DNA from: a virus
Lineage: Duplodnaviria; Caudoviricetes
Virus record (IMG/VR): IMGVR_UViG_3300011008_002712
Direction: 5' to 3' (one strand)
Length of the DNA stretch: 64,000 nt
The notes beneath the pieces are model-generated. The model was not told the origin of the DNA, ran no database searches, and saw nothing but the letters and a program-made list of their open reading frames with translations. Shown piece after piece: positions 1-9,428 of this stretch. Both the position numbers and the translations under genes were made by a program. The stretch's first letter is position 1. The number at the start of each line of letters is the position of its first letter.

Positions 1-155
1 TCATCATTATCATTGAATGACGCAACGATTATATCAACATCTTCTTTTTCTGTTTTATTTTCTTGAACATACTTAACAATTTCAGCTGCTAAATCTTTAT
101 TTAATTTTTCACTGTTGCTTTTAACTGCAATATTTTCTATTCTAATGGTTCTCAT
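1..155 (-). CDS. Small ORF directly downstream of nrdD (runs off window edge); candidate separate glycyl-radical-domain subunit of class III RNR
   Basis: Not in the ORF track. AGGAGG RBS overlaps the nrdD stop, ATG at 155, open to position 1: MRTIRIENIAVKSNSEKLNKDLAAEIVKYVQENKTEKEDVDIIVASFNDND. Function inferred from position and from the truncated NrdD. Confidence 0.6.
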   Translation of the reverse strand, partial: MRTIRIENIAVKSNSEKLNKDLAAEIVKYVQENKTEKEDVDIIVASFNDND

Positions 156-167
156 TTTAGTTCCTCC

Positions 168-2432
168 TTAACAATGACAATGCATTTTTATATGTTCTTT
201 TTCAATATGGTCTTTTTGTCCACATTTTGGACATTCATTGTCAATAATACCAACATATCCGCAATTGGTGCAAGTATCATTAGCATGATTAATAGCAAAA
301 TATGTACAATCATAATCATGCATAGCTCGTACTATTTTTTCGAAAGCTGGCAGGTTTTTAGTTGGATCCCCATCCATTTCAATATATGCTATAGCACCAG
401 CATTACATAATTCATGATATGGAGCTTCTATTTTTATTTTATCAATTGCACGAATTGGATAATAAACTGGCACGTGACTAGAATTTGTCATATATTCTCT
501 ATCAGTTACGCCTTTTATTTTACCATAATGATTTTGATTAGAACGATTCAATGTACCAGCAGTTGATTCAGCTGGCGTAGCAAAAAGTGACCAATTCAAA
601 TGAGTCTGTTCTGTATATTTATCTGTCATTTTTCTCATATGACCGATAATTTCAAGACCAAGTTTTTGAGCTTCTTCACTTTCACCATGATGTTTTCCGA
701 TTAATGCAACTAAAGCTTCTGCTAATCCGCAAAAACCAATTGAAATAGAAGCATGTTTGAGAACTTCTCTTACTGTATCATATTTGTCTAATTTTTCACT
801 GTCCATCCAAATATGCTGACCAATTAAAAATGGATAATTATATGCATGGCGTTTTCCAATTAAATTATACCGCCAAGTAAGTTGTTGCTTAGCCAAATCC
901 ATATATTTGTCGAGAAGTTTATAAAATTCTTTGATATCTTTTTTAGACTCAATAGCCATTTTAGGTAAATTCAATGTTGTAAAAGAAAAATTACCTCTGC
1001 TCGTGACAATTTGTGGCCCATTTACATTGCCTATCACGCGCGTTCTGCATCCCATTGCAGCGATTTCTGTACGAGGATCTCCAGGTACATAATACTTCAA
1101 ATTATATGGTGCATCTATATTAACAAAATTTGGGAAAAGACGTTTGGCTGAAACTCTTATTGCAAGTTTAAACAAATCATAATTTATATCATCTTCATTA
1201 TAATTAATTCCAGATTTCAATTTGAATACTGTTATTGGAAAAATTGGAGTTTCTCCATTGCCTAATCCTTTTTCAACAGAAAGCAAAAGTTTTTCAATTA
1301 CTAATCTGCCTTCTGGTGTCGTGTCTGTGCCAAAATTAAGAGAACTAAAAGGTACTTGGGCGCCAGCTCTTGAATGCAACGTATTAAAATTGTGCACAAC
1401 TGCTTCCATTGCCTGATATGTCTCATTTTCAGTTTCTCTGCACGCAAATTCGTATATAACTGGAAATGCATCTAAAATCAATTCAGCATTTTCATTAAAA
1501 ATTTCTTTTAGTTGTTTTTCTATAGAAATTTTAGTCTTATTTAATGTCTTATAATCTCTTTTATTTTCTTTTGTTTCTCCATAATAGAAATTGTTAAAAT
1601 CAATTTGTTTTAATGTTTTCAGTATCTTTTTTGCACTTGATAAATTAATCCATTCAATTCCTATTTTATAAACTGCTGCTATCCATATTTGATGGATGAT
1701 TGATTTTTTAAAAGTCTTTTTGACTCCTTCAGCCATTGCATAATCAAAACAAGCTATGCTTTGACCACCATATTGTTCATTTTGATTTGCTTGTATTGCG
1801 ATGCACGCAAGAGCAGCATAAGAACGTATTGATTGTGGCTCTCTAATTTTTCCATTTCCTGTCGAAAAACCTTTATGAAACAACTTGAGCAAATCTATTT
1901 GAATGCAGTTCCAAGCTAAATTAGAGAAGTCTTTGTCATGGATGTGGATCCATCCTTCTTTCATGGCTTCTACAAATTCTTTTGGCATGATATAATTATC
2001 AATAAAATATTTACTAGCTTCTGTCCCATATTTTAACATTGAGCCAGCCATAGAATTTGTATTTATATTTGCATTGTCTCTTCTGCTTTCCATTTCATCC
2101 GCAGATTTAAATGTCAAATCTACGAATTCTGTCATTAGTTTTTCTGCATCGTTCCTTCTTTTCTTATGTTCAGAACGATATATAATGTACGATTTTGCAG
2201 TATTTATATACTGAGATTTCATTAAGATGTTTTCCGTTGCTTCTGAAATTTTATCAACAGATGGAACTTTTACATCTTTAAAATAATTTTCTATTTCTTT
2301 AACGACGTCGCTAATTTGAGCAATATTCATTCTTTTATCTTTGCTATTTCTATTTGCATGTTTTATAGCATTAAAAATTTTTGAATCGTCGTAATCAACA
2401 ATTTTGCCGTCTCTTTTTTTGACTTTAAACAA
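168..2432 (-). CDS. nrdD: Anaerobic (class III) ribonucleoside-triphosphate reductase with ATP-cone; lacks the C-terminal glycyl-radical loop
   Basis: N-terminal VKKRDG ATP-cone, IHIHDKDF, NC-QID, HSRAGAQVPFSSLNFG, MGCRT, ATPAES, TNSSHVPV, and CxxC-CxxC Zn ribbon. No R-x-x-GY motif. Confidence 0.95.
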   Translation of the reverse strand: MFKVKKRDGKIVDYDDSKIFNAIKHANRNSKDKRMNIAQISDVVKEIENYFKDVKVPSVDKISEATENILMKSQYINTAKSYIIYRSEHKKRRNDAEKLMTEFVDLTFKSADEMESRRDNANINTNSMAGSMLKYGTEASKYFIDNYIMPKEFVEAMKEGWIHIHDKDFSNLAWNCIQIDLLKLFHKGFSTGNGKIREPQSIRSYAALACIAIQANQNEQYGGQSIACFDYAMAEGVKKTFKKSIIHQIWIAAVYKIGIEWINLSSAKKILKTLKQIDFNNFYYGETKENKRDYKTLNKTKISIEKQLKEIFNENAELILDAFPVIYEFACRETENETYQAMEAVVHNFNTLHSRAGAQVPFSSLNFGTDTTPEGRLVIEKLLLSVEKGLGNGETPIFPITVFKLKSGINYNEDDINYDLFKLAIRVSAKRLFPNFVNIDAPYNLKYYVPGDPRTEIAAMGCRTRVIGNVNGPQIVTSRGNFSFTTLNLPKMAIESKKDIKEFYKLLDKYMDLAKQQLTWRYNLIGKRHAYNYPFLIGQHIWMDSEKLDKYDTVREVLKHASISIGFCGLAEALVALIGKHHGESEEAQKLGLEIIGHMRKMTDKYTEQTHLNWSLFATPAESTAGTLNRSNQNHYGKIKGVTDREYMTNSSHVPVYYPIRAIDKIKIEAPYHELCNAGAIAYIEMDGDPTKNLPAFEKIVRAMHDYDCTYFAINHANDTCTNCGYVGIIDNECPKCGQKDHIEKEHIKMHCHC

Positions 2433-2698
2433 ATATATTGCACTTCCTTTCTTAGTATCGTTACCGAAACTAATTCTATTTTAGTCAAAAAAATCATCGA
2501 TGATTTTTATTTTTGTTTGTTTTGTAATAAATAAATACTGTTTGTTTTGCTGAAAAAAACAGTCTGCATAGAGCAGACTGAATTGAAAACCACAATGTGT
2601 GTATTTAATTACATAAACGCCATGTTGTTGAAAATTCATTTTTATTTATTTTTAATTTGACAAAAAAAGATTAAAATAAATAAAGGAGGGTGAACAAT

Positions 2699-3208
2699 TT
2701 GACGGCAAAATTAATTAACATTTATGGTGCACCGGGATCTGGCAAATCAACGACAGCTGCTGGATTATTTTATGAAATGAAGAAAAAACATTATAAAGTA
2801 GAACTCGCATATGAATGGATAAAATTAAAAGTATATGAAGGAACTCCATATCCATTTATCGATCAGATTTACACGTTTGGAAAACAAAACAAACAAATTA
2901 ATCAATTAAAGAATGCAGTTGATTACATCATTACTGATTCACCGTTATTGTTATCTTTATACTATGGGAAAAACGAAACAGAAGAATTTAAAGCATTAGT
3001 GAGAAAAAGTTATTTCAATTACGATAATTATGATTTTATTGTTGAAAGAAATCATCCTTATTCAGAATATGGACGCAATCAAAATGAGCAAGAGAGCGAT
3101 GATATTCAAAAAGAAATTATAAAAACGTTAAGAGATACTGGAGTAAAATACAATTTAATAAAAAGCACGGATGCTGTCAACGATATTCTAAAAATTATGA
3201 ACCTATAG
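2699..3208 (+). CDS. P-loop kinase/ATPase (NadR/Ttd14 AAA_28-like)
   Basis: Walker A GAPGSGKST, IITDSPLL, GRNQ. AGGAGG RBS before TTG at 2699. Confidence 0.8.
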   Translation: MTAKLINIYGAPGSGKSTTAAGLFYEMKKKHYKVELAYEWIKLKVYEGTPYPFIDQIYTFGKQNKQINQLKNAVDYIITDSPLLLSLYYGKNETEEFKALVRKSYFNYDNYDFIVERNHPYSEYGRNQNEQESDDIQKEIIKTLRDTGVKYNLIKSTDAVNDILKIMNL

Positions 3209-3276
3209 CACGCATTCTAGAACTGACTAGAATGACATTAATTTTGATACGAACATAGTTTTATGGAGGCTTTAAA

Positions 3277-3648
3277 ATGAAGAAATACCTAAGAAAAACA
3301 GCAGAAGATAATTATCAATTGAATCGCACTTATGATATTTTAATGAATAACAATATTTTTTCAAATGAAGATATATACAAATTTACTGGGCATACATATA
3401 AATCATGGGAAAATGCGAATTCAGAAGGATATATTGAAGAACATTATGATCTTTTTGAAGAATGGTTGAGAGACTATGTTATTGCAATTTCTCAAGATAT
3501 TATTGAGAAAGCAAAAAATGAAAATGATGAATTTGCTTCAAATTATAGTGTATTGCGTGATTCAGAAAAAGAAGAATTATTAGATAAATTGAATCGTTAT
3601 ATATTGAATAAACATGAAGAAATAGAGAAAGCGATTAAAAATGTATAA
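3277..3648 (+). CDS. Hypothetical protein with N-terminal basic LxKxA motif
   Basis: ORF with GGAGG RBS; starts MKKYLRKTA. Confidence 0.7.
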   Translation: MKKYLRKTAEDNYQLNRTYDILMNNNIFSNEDIYKFTGHTYKSWENANSEGYIEEHYDLFEEWLRDYVIAISQDIIEKAKNENDEFASNYSVLRDSEKEELLDKLNRYILNKHEEIEKAIKNV

Positions 3649-3829
3649 AATAATTACTGATGAGCAAATGAATCAAATAATTGATGATTATTTAACCAGC
3701 AAAATAATAATAAACGATAAATTTCTATCAAGACGTGAAAATCAATATTTTGCATTAGACATGACAAATAATCATTATTCAATAGAATTATTTGATGACA
3801 AACAATTAGCAAAAGAGTTTTTGAGATGA
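3641..3829 (+). CDS. Hypothetical protein
   Basis: 62-aa ORF overlapping its neighbours (translational coupling). Confidence 0.6.
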   Translation: MYKIITDEQMNQIIDDYLTSKIIINDKFLSRRENQYFALDMTNNHYSIELFDDKQLAKEFLR

Positions 3830-4107
3830 ACAAAATAGATTGGCAAGAATTATCTATTGAGAAATCTTCTATACTTAATATTAGAGAAGCAAGATATATT
3901 CAATCGGAAGACAATTATGGCTATCCTTTTATGTTATGTATGGGGAAAGATAAATTTGGTCAGATGAAATTGTTTTTGATTGAATGTATAAATAACGACT
4001 ATAAAGTATATTTATGCAAAGATGAAGAAGAATGCGATAATACAGCTTTTAAGATAATTGTATATCTTATCAATAATGGAAAAGTAATTGACTTTTTAAA
4101 ACAATAA
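3826..4107 (+). CDS. Hypothetical protein
   Basis: ATGA overlap with previous ORF; followed by a terminator. Confidence 0.65.
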   Translation: MNKIDWQELSIEKSSILNIREARYIQSEDNYGYPFMLCMGKDKFGQMKLFLIECINNDYKVYLCKDEEECDNTAFKIIVYLINNGKVIDFLKQ

Positions 4108-4134
4108 AGCCACTCATTTGAGAGTGGCTTTTTA
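4106..4134. terminator. Bidirectional intrinsic terminator
   Basis: AAAGCCACTC-atttga-GAGTGGCTTT followed by T tract, between convergent genes. Confidence 0.8.
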
Positions 4135-4136
4135 TT

Positions 4137-5042
4137 TTAGAAAATATCACCATTGAGATCATCTTCTACATCACTGTCAATGCCAAGAGCTCGTGTTACT
4201 TTTGAGATATCAATATCATCTTCTTTGGGAAGCTTACGCTCTTTCTTATCTTTTTTAACTTTTTCATCAGCACTGAAATCATTGATATATGTACGGAAAA
4301 CTTCTTCAATAAGTTCACCTTCTGCTTTTGATACTATCCCATTCGGTCCAGCATATCGACGAGAATATAGTAAAACACAATCCTGGCTTCCATCTTTGCA
4401 CTTTGGACGATTATCGCTCCACACAACAGCCGTATAATATGTATTCAATTTGTCAAAAATTCTTGCATGTACTGCGACTCTTCCATACCTGCAAGTGTCT
4501 GCATATTTTACTAATTCTCCAACAACTTTTTGCTTTTGAGCAACGCTCAAAGAAGGATATTTTGCCCAAAATCCGTCACTAGTAGGAATAACCTTGTTTC
4601 TATTTACGTCATTCTTACCTGCTTCATCAAGTTCTAATTCATAAATTTCATCCTGAATTTCTTTTTCTTTGGGGTCATAGCCATAAAGCTTGATGTTGTT
4701 TTCACGAATTCTACGCTCGCGATTCTCTTTTTCGATCATGTCTTTGCGAGCAATATCATCTTTGATTGCAGCATCACGTGTTTCATAAATAAAACTTGTT
4801 ACAGCGTAGCGATAATAAAATGATGTATTGTGAAAAAGGATGTTGAAAGAAGAAGTTACTTCATTTTTGATTGCCTCATCATAGAGTACAGCCAAACGAA
4901 GCTTGTCTTCTTGCGTGCCCTGACGACGAAGCTTATTGAACATATACATCCAATAAAAATATGCAACAAATCCAAAAACAAATCCGCTATCCAAAGGAGC
5001 TGACCAATCATTCATCCATTCGTAATTGGGATTTTTATACAT
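4137..5042 (-). CDS. Hypothetical protein (probable early gene)
   Basis: 301-aa ORF with AAGGA RBS, downstream of a conserved promoter. Confidence 0.75.
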   Translation of the reverse strand: MYKNPNYEWMNDWSAPLDSGFVFGFVAYFYWMYMFNKLRRQGTQEDKLRLAVLYDEAIKNEVTSSFNILFHNTSFYYRYAVTSFIYETRDAAIKDDIARKDMIEKENRERRIRENNIKLYGYDPKEKEIQDEIYELELDEAGKNDVNRNKVIPTSDGFWAKYPSLSVAQKQKVVGELVKYADTCRYGRVAVHARIFDKLNTYYTAVVWSDNRPKCKDGSQDCVLLYSRRYAGPNGIVSKAEGELIEEVFRTYINDFSADEKVKKDKKERKLPKEDDIDISKVTRALGIDSDVEDDLNGDIF

Positions 5043-5079
5043 ATATTATCATCCTTTCTTTTCCTTACCTCTTGATTAG

Positions 5080-5111
5080 ATTATACCATAATATCTACAG
5101 ATTGTAAATAG
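5080..5111 (-). promoter_or_regulatory. Conserved sigma70/sigmaA-type phage promoter
   Basis: CTA-TTTACA-17 nt-TATAAT with extended -10 (TGgTATAAT); one of 11 copies. Confidence 0.8.
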
Positions 5112-5152
5112 CTTTTTTAAAAAAAATAAAAAGACTCTCATTAGAGAGCCTT

Positions 5153-5536
5153 TTATTCTTGTTTTTCAAAGAAGTTATCACTTAATATTGATTTAAGATA
5201 ATTATCATCTTTAAAGTAACTGAGTTCTTGGTTTAATGATTTACTAAATTCAGAAATATTTTGAGCATCTTCATTTGTTGGCAGTAACACAACTTGCTGA
5301 AGCTTCTGATATAGTTTTGGATGCTGATTATATAAATTATTGAAATCTTCATATAATCTCATATATGTTTCTACAAGATTATCAGCTGATTCTTTTATTT
5401 CTAAAAGTTTTGCTCTTGCAGATTTAAATTCTTCTTCATCTACATCATTATTGAAAATGATTTCTTCATCATTTGCTATTTTCTTCAGTCTCTTTTTCCG
5501 CGATGATTTTATCAAGTTCTTGTTGATTGACCTCAT
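5153..5536 (-). CDS. Hypothetical protein with RLKKIA motif
   Basis: 127-aa ORF with GAAGGA RBS; basic leader followed by an acidic helical body. Confidence 0.7.
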   Translation of the reverse strand: MRSINKNLIKSSRKKRLKKIANDEEIIFNNDVDEEEFKSARAKLLEIKESADNLVETYMRLYEDFNNLYNQHPKLYQKLQQVVLLPTNEDAQNISEFSKSLNQELSYFKDDNYLKSILSDNFFEKQE

Positions 5537-6794
5537 GTCCTTCCTCCAGTATTGATTGCGGCAACCAAGAATTATAGATTTCTATTGGCCTGGGATAATG
5601 TTCTGAAAACGTTAATTTATTCAATAAATTCTTTTTTACGTTTAAAATCCAATCACTATCAGCTTTTTCTTGAGATGAACGAGCTATTTCATCATCTGTT
5701 ATATCAATTTGATCTAAAAAATATGGACGAGCACAAAACCAGAAAAATATTTTATCGCTTTTTTGTTTTGATATATTATCACTATTCAAGGTTATGTATC
5801 TATGATTTATTTGAGATATAAGCTCTTTCATATAATGAATATCTTTTGAACGTTCATTAATTCCAATGCTATCATGAATAGCTTTTATATATTCTTGATC
5901 TGAATTTGATTCATATATATTTTGATTATTGATTATCCAAGACACTATGTTGATTTCATCTTGTGTCATAATATTGAATTTGTGTAAATAATTAATCGTG
6001 TTTTCGTTTAATAGCAATGACCAGATTTCGAATTCAGTTTCTTGAGATTTTTCAAAATTTTTTATAATATCAAAATCAATATCATTAAAAGATTCTAATA
6101 TTTTTTCTTTCTTATTTTCAAGAAGACATTTTGTATTGAATATTTTGAATGTCTTCATAAGACTTAGCGCATTACTCGCGAATTTCCCATTAACAATTTT
6201 CCTTATTGTTTTTCCTATTAATTTTCCATCTGTATTTTTTAAATATTTCAATGAGTTTCTAATTCCATTGATTGTGTTTTGTTCTATTTCATATCCGAAT
6301 TTAGAAACCAAATAAAAAGCATCGAAAATCAATAACGGGTTTTCTTTTATTCTTTCTTCCGATTCACCAATAATCCTTATTATTCTATTCTTAATGTCTT
6401 CTATGCTAGAATATGTTTTTTTATTTAAAGAAAATTTATAGTCTATAATATCTCCATTTAGATTTTGAGTTATTACATTTAATGTAAAATCTTTTTCACC
6501 AAGTACATCATTCAATGTTCTGTTTTTATCAAATGATATAACTTTAAAATTTTCATTTGCAAAATTTATTATTAAATAATCATCAATTTCTTCACTTCGT
6601 GGAAATAATTGCTTGACTTCTTCAATTGATGCATTTGTGATAATATCAATATTTTTTGTTCTAATTTTTTTTGGATGATTCTCATTATGAACTATTGAAT
6701 GACATTTTTCTCCAATAATACGAACGTCATGATTATTGTTTGATATTATTCTAACAATTGCTTTCGCAGCTTCTAATAATGAATCTACTTTCAA
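5469..6794 (-). CDS. CCA-adding enzyme/poly(A) polymerase family protein with a degenerate active site
   Basis: PolyA_pol-type layout: IIG..., NIDIITNA (DxD becomes NxD), EKDFTLN (RRDFTIN-like), DIKNRIIRIIG, ENPLLI (EDPLRI-like). Confidence 0.8.
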   Translation of the reverse strand: MKVDSLLEAAKAIVRIISNNNHDVRIIGEKCHSIVHNENHPKKIRTKNIDIITNASIEEVKQLFPRSEEIDDYLIINFANENFKVISFDKNRTLNDVLGEKDFTLNVITQNLNGDIIDYKFSLNKKTYSSIEDIKNRIIRIIGESEERIKENPLLIFDAFYLVSKFGYEIEQNTINGIRNSLKYLKNTDGKLIGKTIRKIVNGKFASNALSLMKTFKIFNTKCLLENKKEKILESFNDIDFDIIKNFEKSQETEFEIWSLLLNENTINYLHKFNIMTQDEINIVSWIINNQNIYESNSDQEYIKAIHDSIGINERSKDIHYMKELISQINHRYITLNSDNISKQKSDKIFFWFCARPYFLDQIDITDDEIARSSQEKADSDWILNVKKNLLNKLTFSEHYPRPIEIYNSWLPQSILEEGHEVNQQELDKIIAEKETEENSK

Positions 6795-6847
6795 TGTTAT
6801 TTTCCTTTCTTAATGGTTTTAATTTATTTTATTAAAAAATGAAAATT

Positions 6848-7291
6848 TTATTCTTTGTAGTAATTTAACCATTTATTATATCCTGACACTATATATGCTA
6901 CCCATGCTTTGAATGGGTCTTCTATTAAATTCATTCCTCGCTCTTCATATGTTAAATTAACATAATGAGTTCTACCACTTGAATAAATGTTCAAATAGAA
7001 GTTGCTATAATAATTGTTTGGGTCAATGCTTGTTCTATACGATTCTGGACAAATCAATTTTATATCAACGGTTATCGGCAATGATCCCTGATCAACATAA
7101 AATTTGTTGATATAACTTTTTAGTGTTGAAAAAGTTATATATCCTCTACTAAATGATGTGTTTATATCCATATTAATGTTTGTATTAGAAGATAAAGTAA
7201 ATTTTTTTGTTTGCCAGGTCAAAAATTCATTTTGATAATCGATATAATTCATGATTTCTTCATATGAATCGAAGTATATTTTATATCCCAT
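6848..7291 (-). CDS. Hypothetical protein
   Basis: 147-aa ORF with GGAG RBS. Confidence 0.7.
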   Translation of the reverse strand: MGYKIYFDSYEEIMNYIDYQNEFLTWQTKKFTLSSNTNINMDINTSFSRGYITFSTLKSYINKFYVDQGSLPITVDIKLICPESYRTSIDPNNYYSNFYLNIYSSGRTHYVNLTYEERGMNLIEDPFKAWVAYIVSGYNKWLNYYKE

Positions 7292-7302
7292 ATTTCTTCT
7301 CC

Positions 7303-8016
7303 CTATACTAGATTATCAGCGTCATTGAATTTGTTGATATTGCGTTCTTTTTCGCCATCTTTTGGCGATAATTTACCAGAAAGAATCAAATCCTGTCTAG
7401 CCGTATATAATTTATATTGCTTTATAAATTCTTCTTTAAATGCAATTTCTAATTCAAAATTCATCTTATATTGAATATCTAATGCTCTGATTGTACTAAG
7501 TACAATTTCGGCAAATGTTGTAATTTCATTTTTAAAGAAATTAGAATCTATAGTGCCTTCTTGTTTGATATTTCCAGACACTTTGTTTAATTCATCAATT
7601 AATCCTTTGATTTGTCCCATATAACCAATTGTATATTGATGTTTTTTTGCGTCTGATAGTTGTTCTACTTCTTCCAATCTTGTTAAAGCTAATTCAATCA
7701 TATGACTCAACGTATTTGCTTTGTCAATATTAATTTTTAGCCCTTGTTGATAATCATCTCTATTTTTTTGTACTTTAGATTTGATCTTAGCATCTTTTAT
7801 AAGAAAATCGTCGCGTTGGTCAAAATGCCTTTGCAAATGTCTTCTAATAGAAGAAGGAGTTATGTTTTCTTCTTTTGCAATTTTACGATCCATTGGATCT
7901 GTTAGTTCTTGCAAATATTTATATATTTTATCTGGTGTAAATCCTTTGCAAGATAATTGTTCTATTATGTTTTTATGTTTAGAATTGCATACTTTACATC
8001 TATATTCAAATGCCAT
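7303..8016 (-). CDS. Zn-finger (CxxC...HxxxH) DNA-binding protein; possibly terminase small subunit-like
   Basis: CKVC...SIRRHLQRHF followed by helical region. AAGGAG RBS before ATG at 8016. Confidence 0.6.
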   Translation of the reverse strand: MAFEYRCKVCNSKHKNIIEQLSCKGFTPDKIYKYLQELTDPMDRKIAKEENITPSSIRRHLQRHFDQRDDFLIKDAKIKSKVQKNRDDYQQGLKINIDKANTLSHMIELALTRLEEVEQLSDAKKHQYTIGYMGQIKGLIDELNKVSGNIKQEGTIDSNFFKNEITTFAEIVLSTIRALDIQYKMNFELEIAFKEEFIKQYKLYTARQDLILSGKLSPKDGEKERNINKFNDADNLV

Positions 8017-8075
8017 ATTTTCAACTCCTTTAAAAAAGAAAATAATGAGAGCCTCCATGAAAAGAAGGCATCTCT

Positions 8076-8426
8076 TTATTTCTTACAACGGTAATTAAGT
8101 ATATATTTTGTTGCTACAAAAGTATTATTTTGCAATATTTTCTTTTCGTGTTTATCAGCTGTTGAAAATATATCTCTATTTATTTTTATTGCTCTAGTTT
8201 CCATTTCTTCTGGAATAGAATAATCTAATTCTTGATTTTTTTTACTAAATTTTGGAATTAATTGATAGTTAGCATGATTAACTAAAAAATAACTCCATTC
8301 AAACTCGTCCATTTTAGAATTATTAATATAATCGCTATTTAAAATTTTGATATGATATATGTCAGCCCATTCATCGTCATATCTCTTATTTAAATCTACA
8401 TCATTAATTACATCTTCATTGTCCAT
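8076..8426 (-). CDS. Hypothetical protein
   Basis: ORF track 8076-8498; AAGGA RBS supports start at 8426 (MDNED). Confidence 0.6.
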   Translation of the reverse strand: MDNEDVINDVDLNKRYDDEWADIYHIKILNSDYINNSKMDEFEWSYFLVNHANYQLIPKFSKKNQELDYSIPEEMETRAIKINRDIFSTADKHEKKILQNNTFVATKYILNYRCKK

Positions 8427-8442
8427 AAATTTTATCCTTTCT

Positions 8443-9420
8443 TTAAAATATTTCACTAAATGATATGGTACGTTCGTCGCATTCAACAATGCTATCATTC
8501 ATATAAATCTTTATCCATGTGTGTGATGTTTTCAAAAGATAGTTTTTACTAAAATGAAATAATTTTAACAATTGTGCATCTTCTAGTAGTTTATCATTTT
8601 CACATATGAAACGGATTATTTTATACCCATGACTTTTTAAAACATTATCTCTGATATAAACGCTTTTGTCATATTCTTTTTGTGTAATTTTACCAAATTT
8701 AAGATCTAAACAATGTCCTCCGCCATCATATTCTATAGCAATTTTATCAACAACAATATCAACTAGGAATTTACTGCAAGGTACGTTTACTTTTCCATGA
8801 AATAAATTCGCTAGATATAATTGTTGTTTAGAAGTAAAAACTTTTTGGTTTTTGCTTAATGTTTCAGCTCTATTATCAAGAATTTTATTTTTGAGTTCGT
8901 CGTTCTGAATTGGATATGCATGCCCATACCTTTTTATCATCGTTTGATGTGCTTTTTGCCTGAATTCTGGAACGCTAAGAGTGCATTTTGTTCCATACTT
9001 TTCTAAATTTGTCTTTTCTATTTTTTTCATAATTTGTTTTGATGAAAAAACACATTCAGCACCATACTTTTCGATGTTAGTACGTTTCATCTTTTGTTTA
9101 ACATCTGGGATTTGCATAGGAGAGTTGACGCCATACTTTTCCTGAAAAACCTTTTTTAAATATTCTCCTCTACATTTTTTGCAATGCCAAATGTTTTTTA
9201 CGCCAGAATTCATCTGCTTCATTACATCTATATAGCTAGAAGTAAATTCTTTTTTGCAAAAATCACATATGACCTTAATTTTTTTCGTACTATTCTTAGG
9301 CAAATGACAAACATCTATTTCAAACTCATCGTTGTTTTTTGTAAATACATACCCAAATGATTCATAATATGATTTTACAAAATACGTCCAACGTATTGTA
9401 ACTTTTTGGTTAGGAATCAT
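8443..9420 (-). CDS. Free-standing putative homing endonuclease (Zn ribbon, EKYG repeats, Vsr/DUF559-like nuclease)
   Basis: ICDFC...CKKC, repeated EKYG/KRYG modules, C-terminal VDIV...IAIEYDGGGH...RD...GYKIIRF. Directly downstream of phoH. Confidence 0.75.
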   Translation of the reverse strand: MIPNQKVTIRWTYFVKSYYESFGYVFTKNNDEFEIDVCHLPKNSTKKIKVICDFCKKEFTSSYIDVMKQMNSGVKNIWHCKKCRGEYLKKVFQEKYGVNSPMQIPDVKQKMKRTNIEKYGAECVFSSKQIMKKIEKTNLEKYGTKCTLSVPEFRQKAHQTMIKRYGHAYPIQNDELKNKILDNRAETLSKNQKVFTSKQQLYLANLFHGKVNVPCSKFLVDIVVDKIAIEYDGGGHCLDLKFGKITQKEYDKSVYIRDNVLKSHGYKIIRFICENDKLLEDAQLLKLFHFSKNYLLKTSHTWIKIYMNDSIVECDERTISFSEIF

Positions 9421-9428
9421 AATCTTTT

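Noticed and set aside
2585-2632. NrdR boxes upstream of nrdD
   Set aside because: Only partial matches to acaCwAtATaTwGtgt and spacing is unconvincing.
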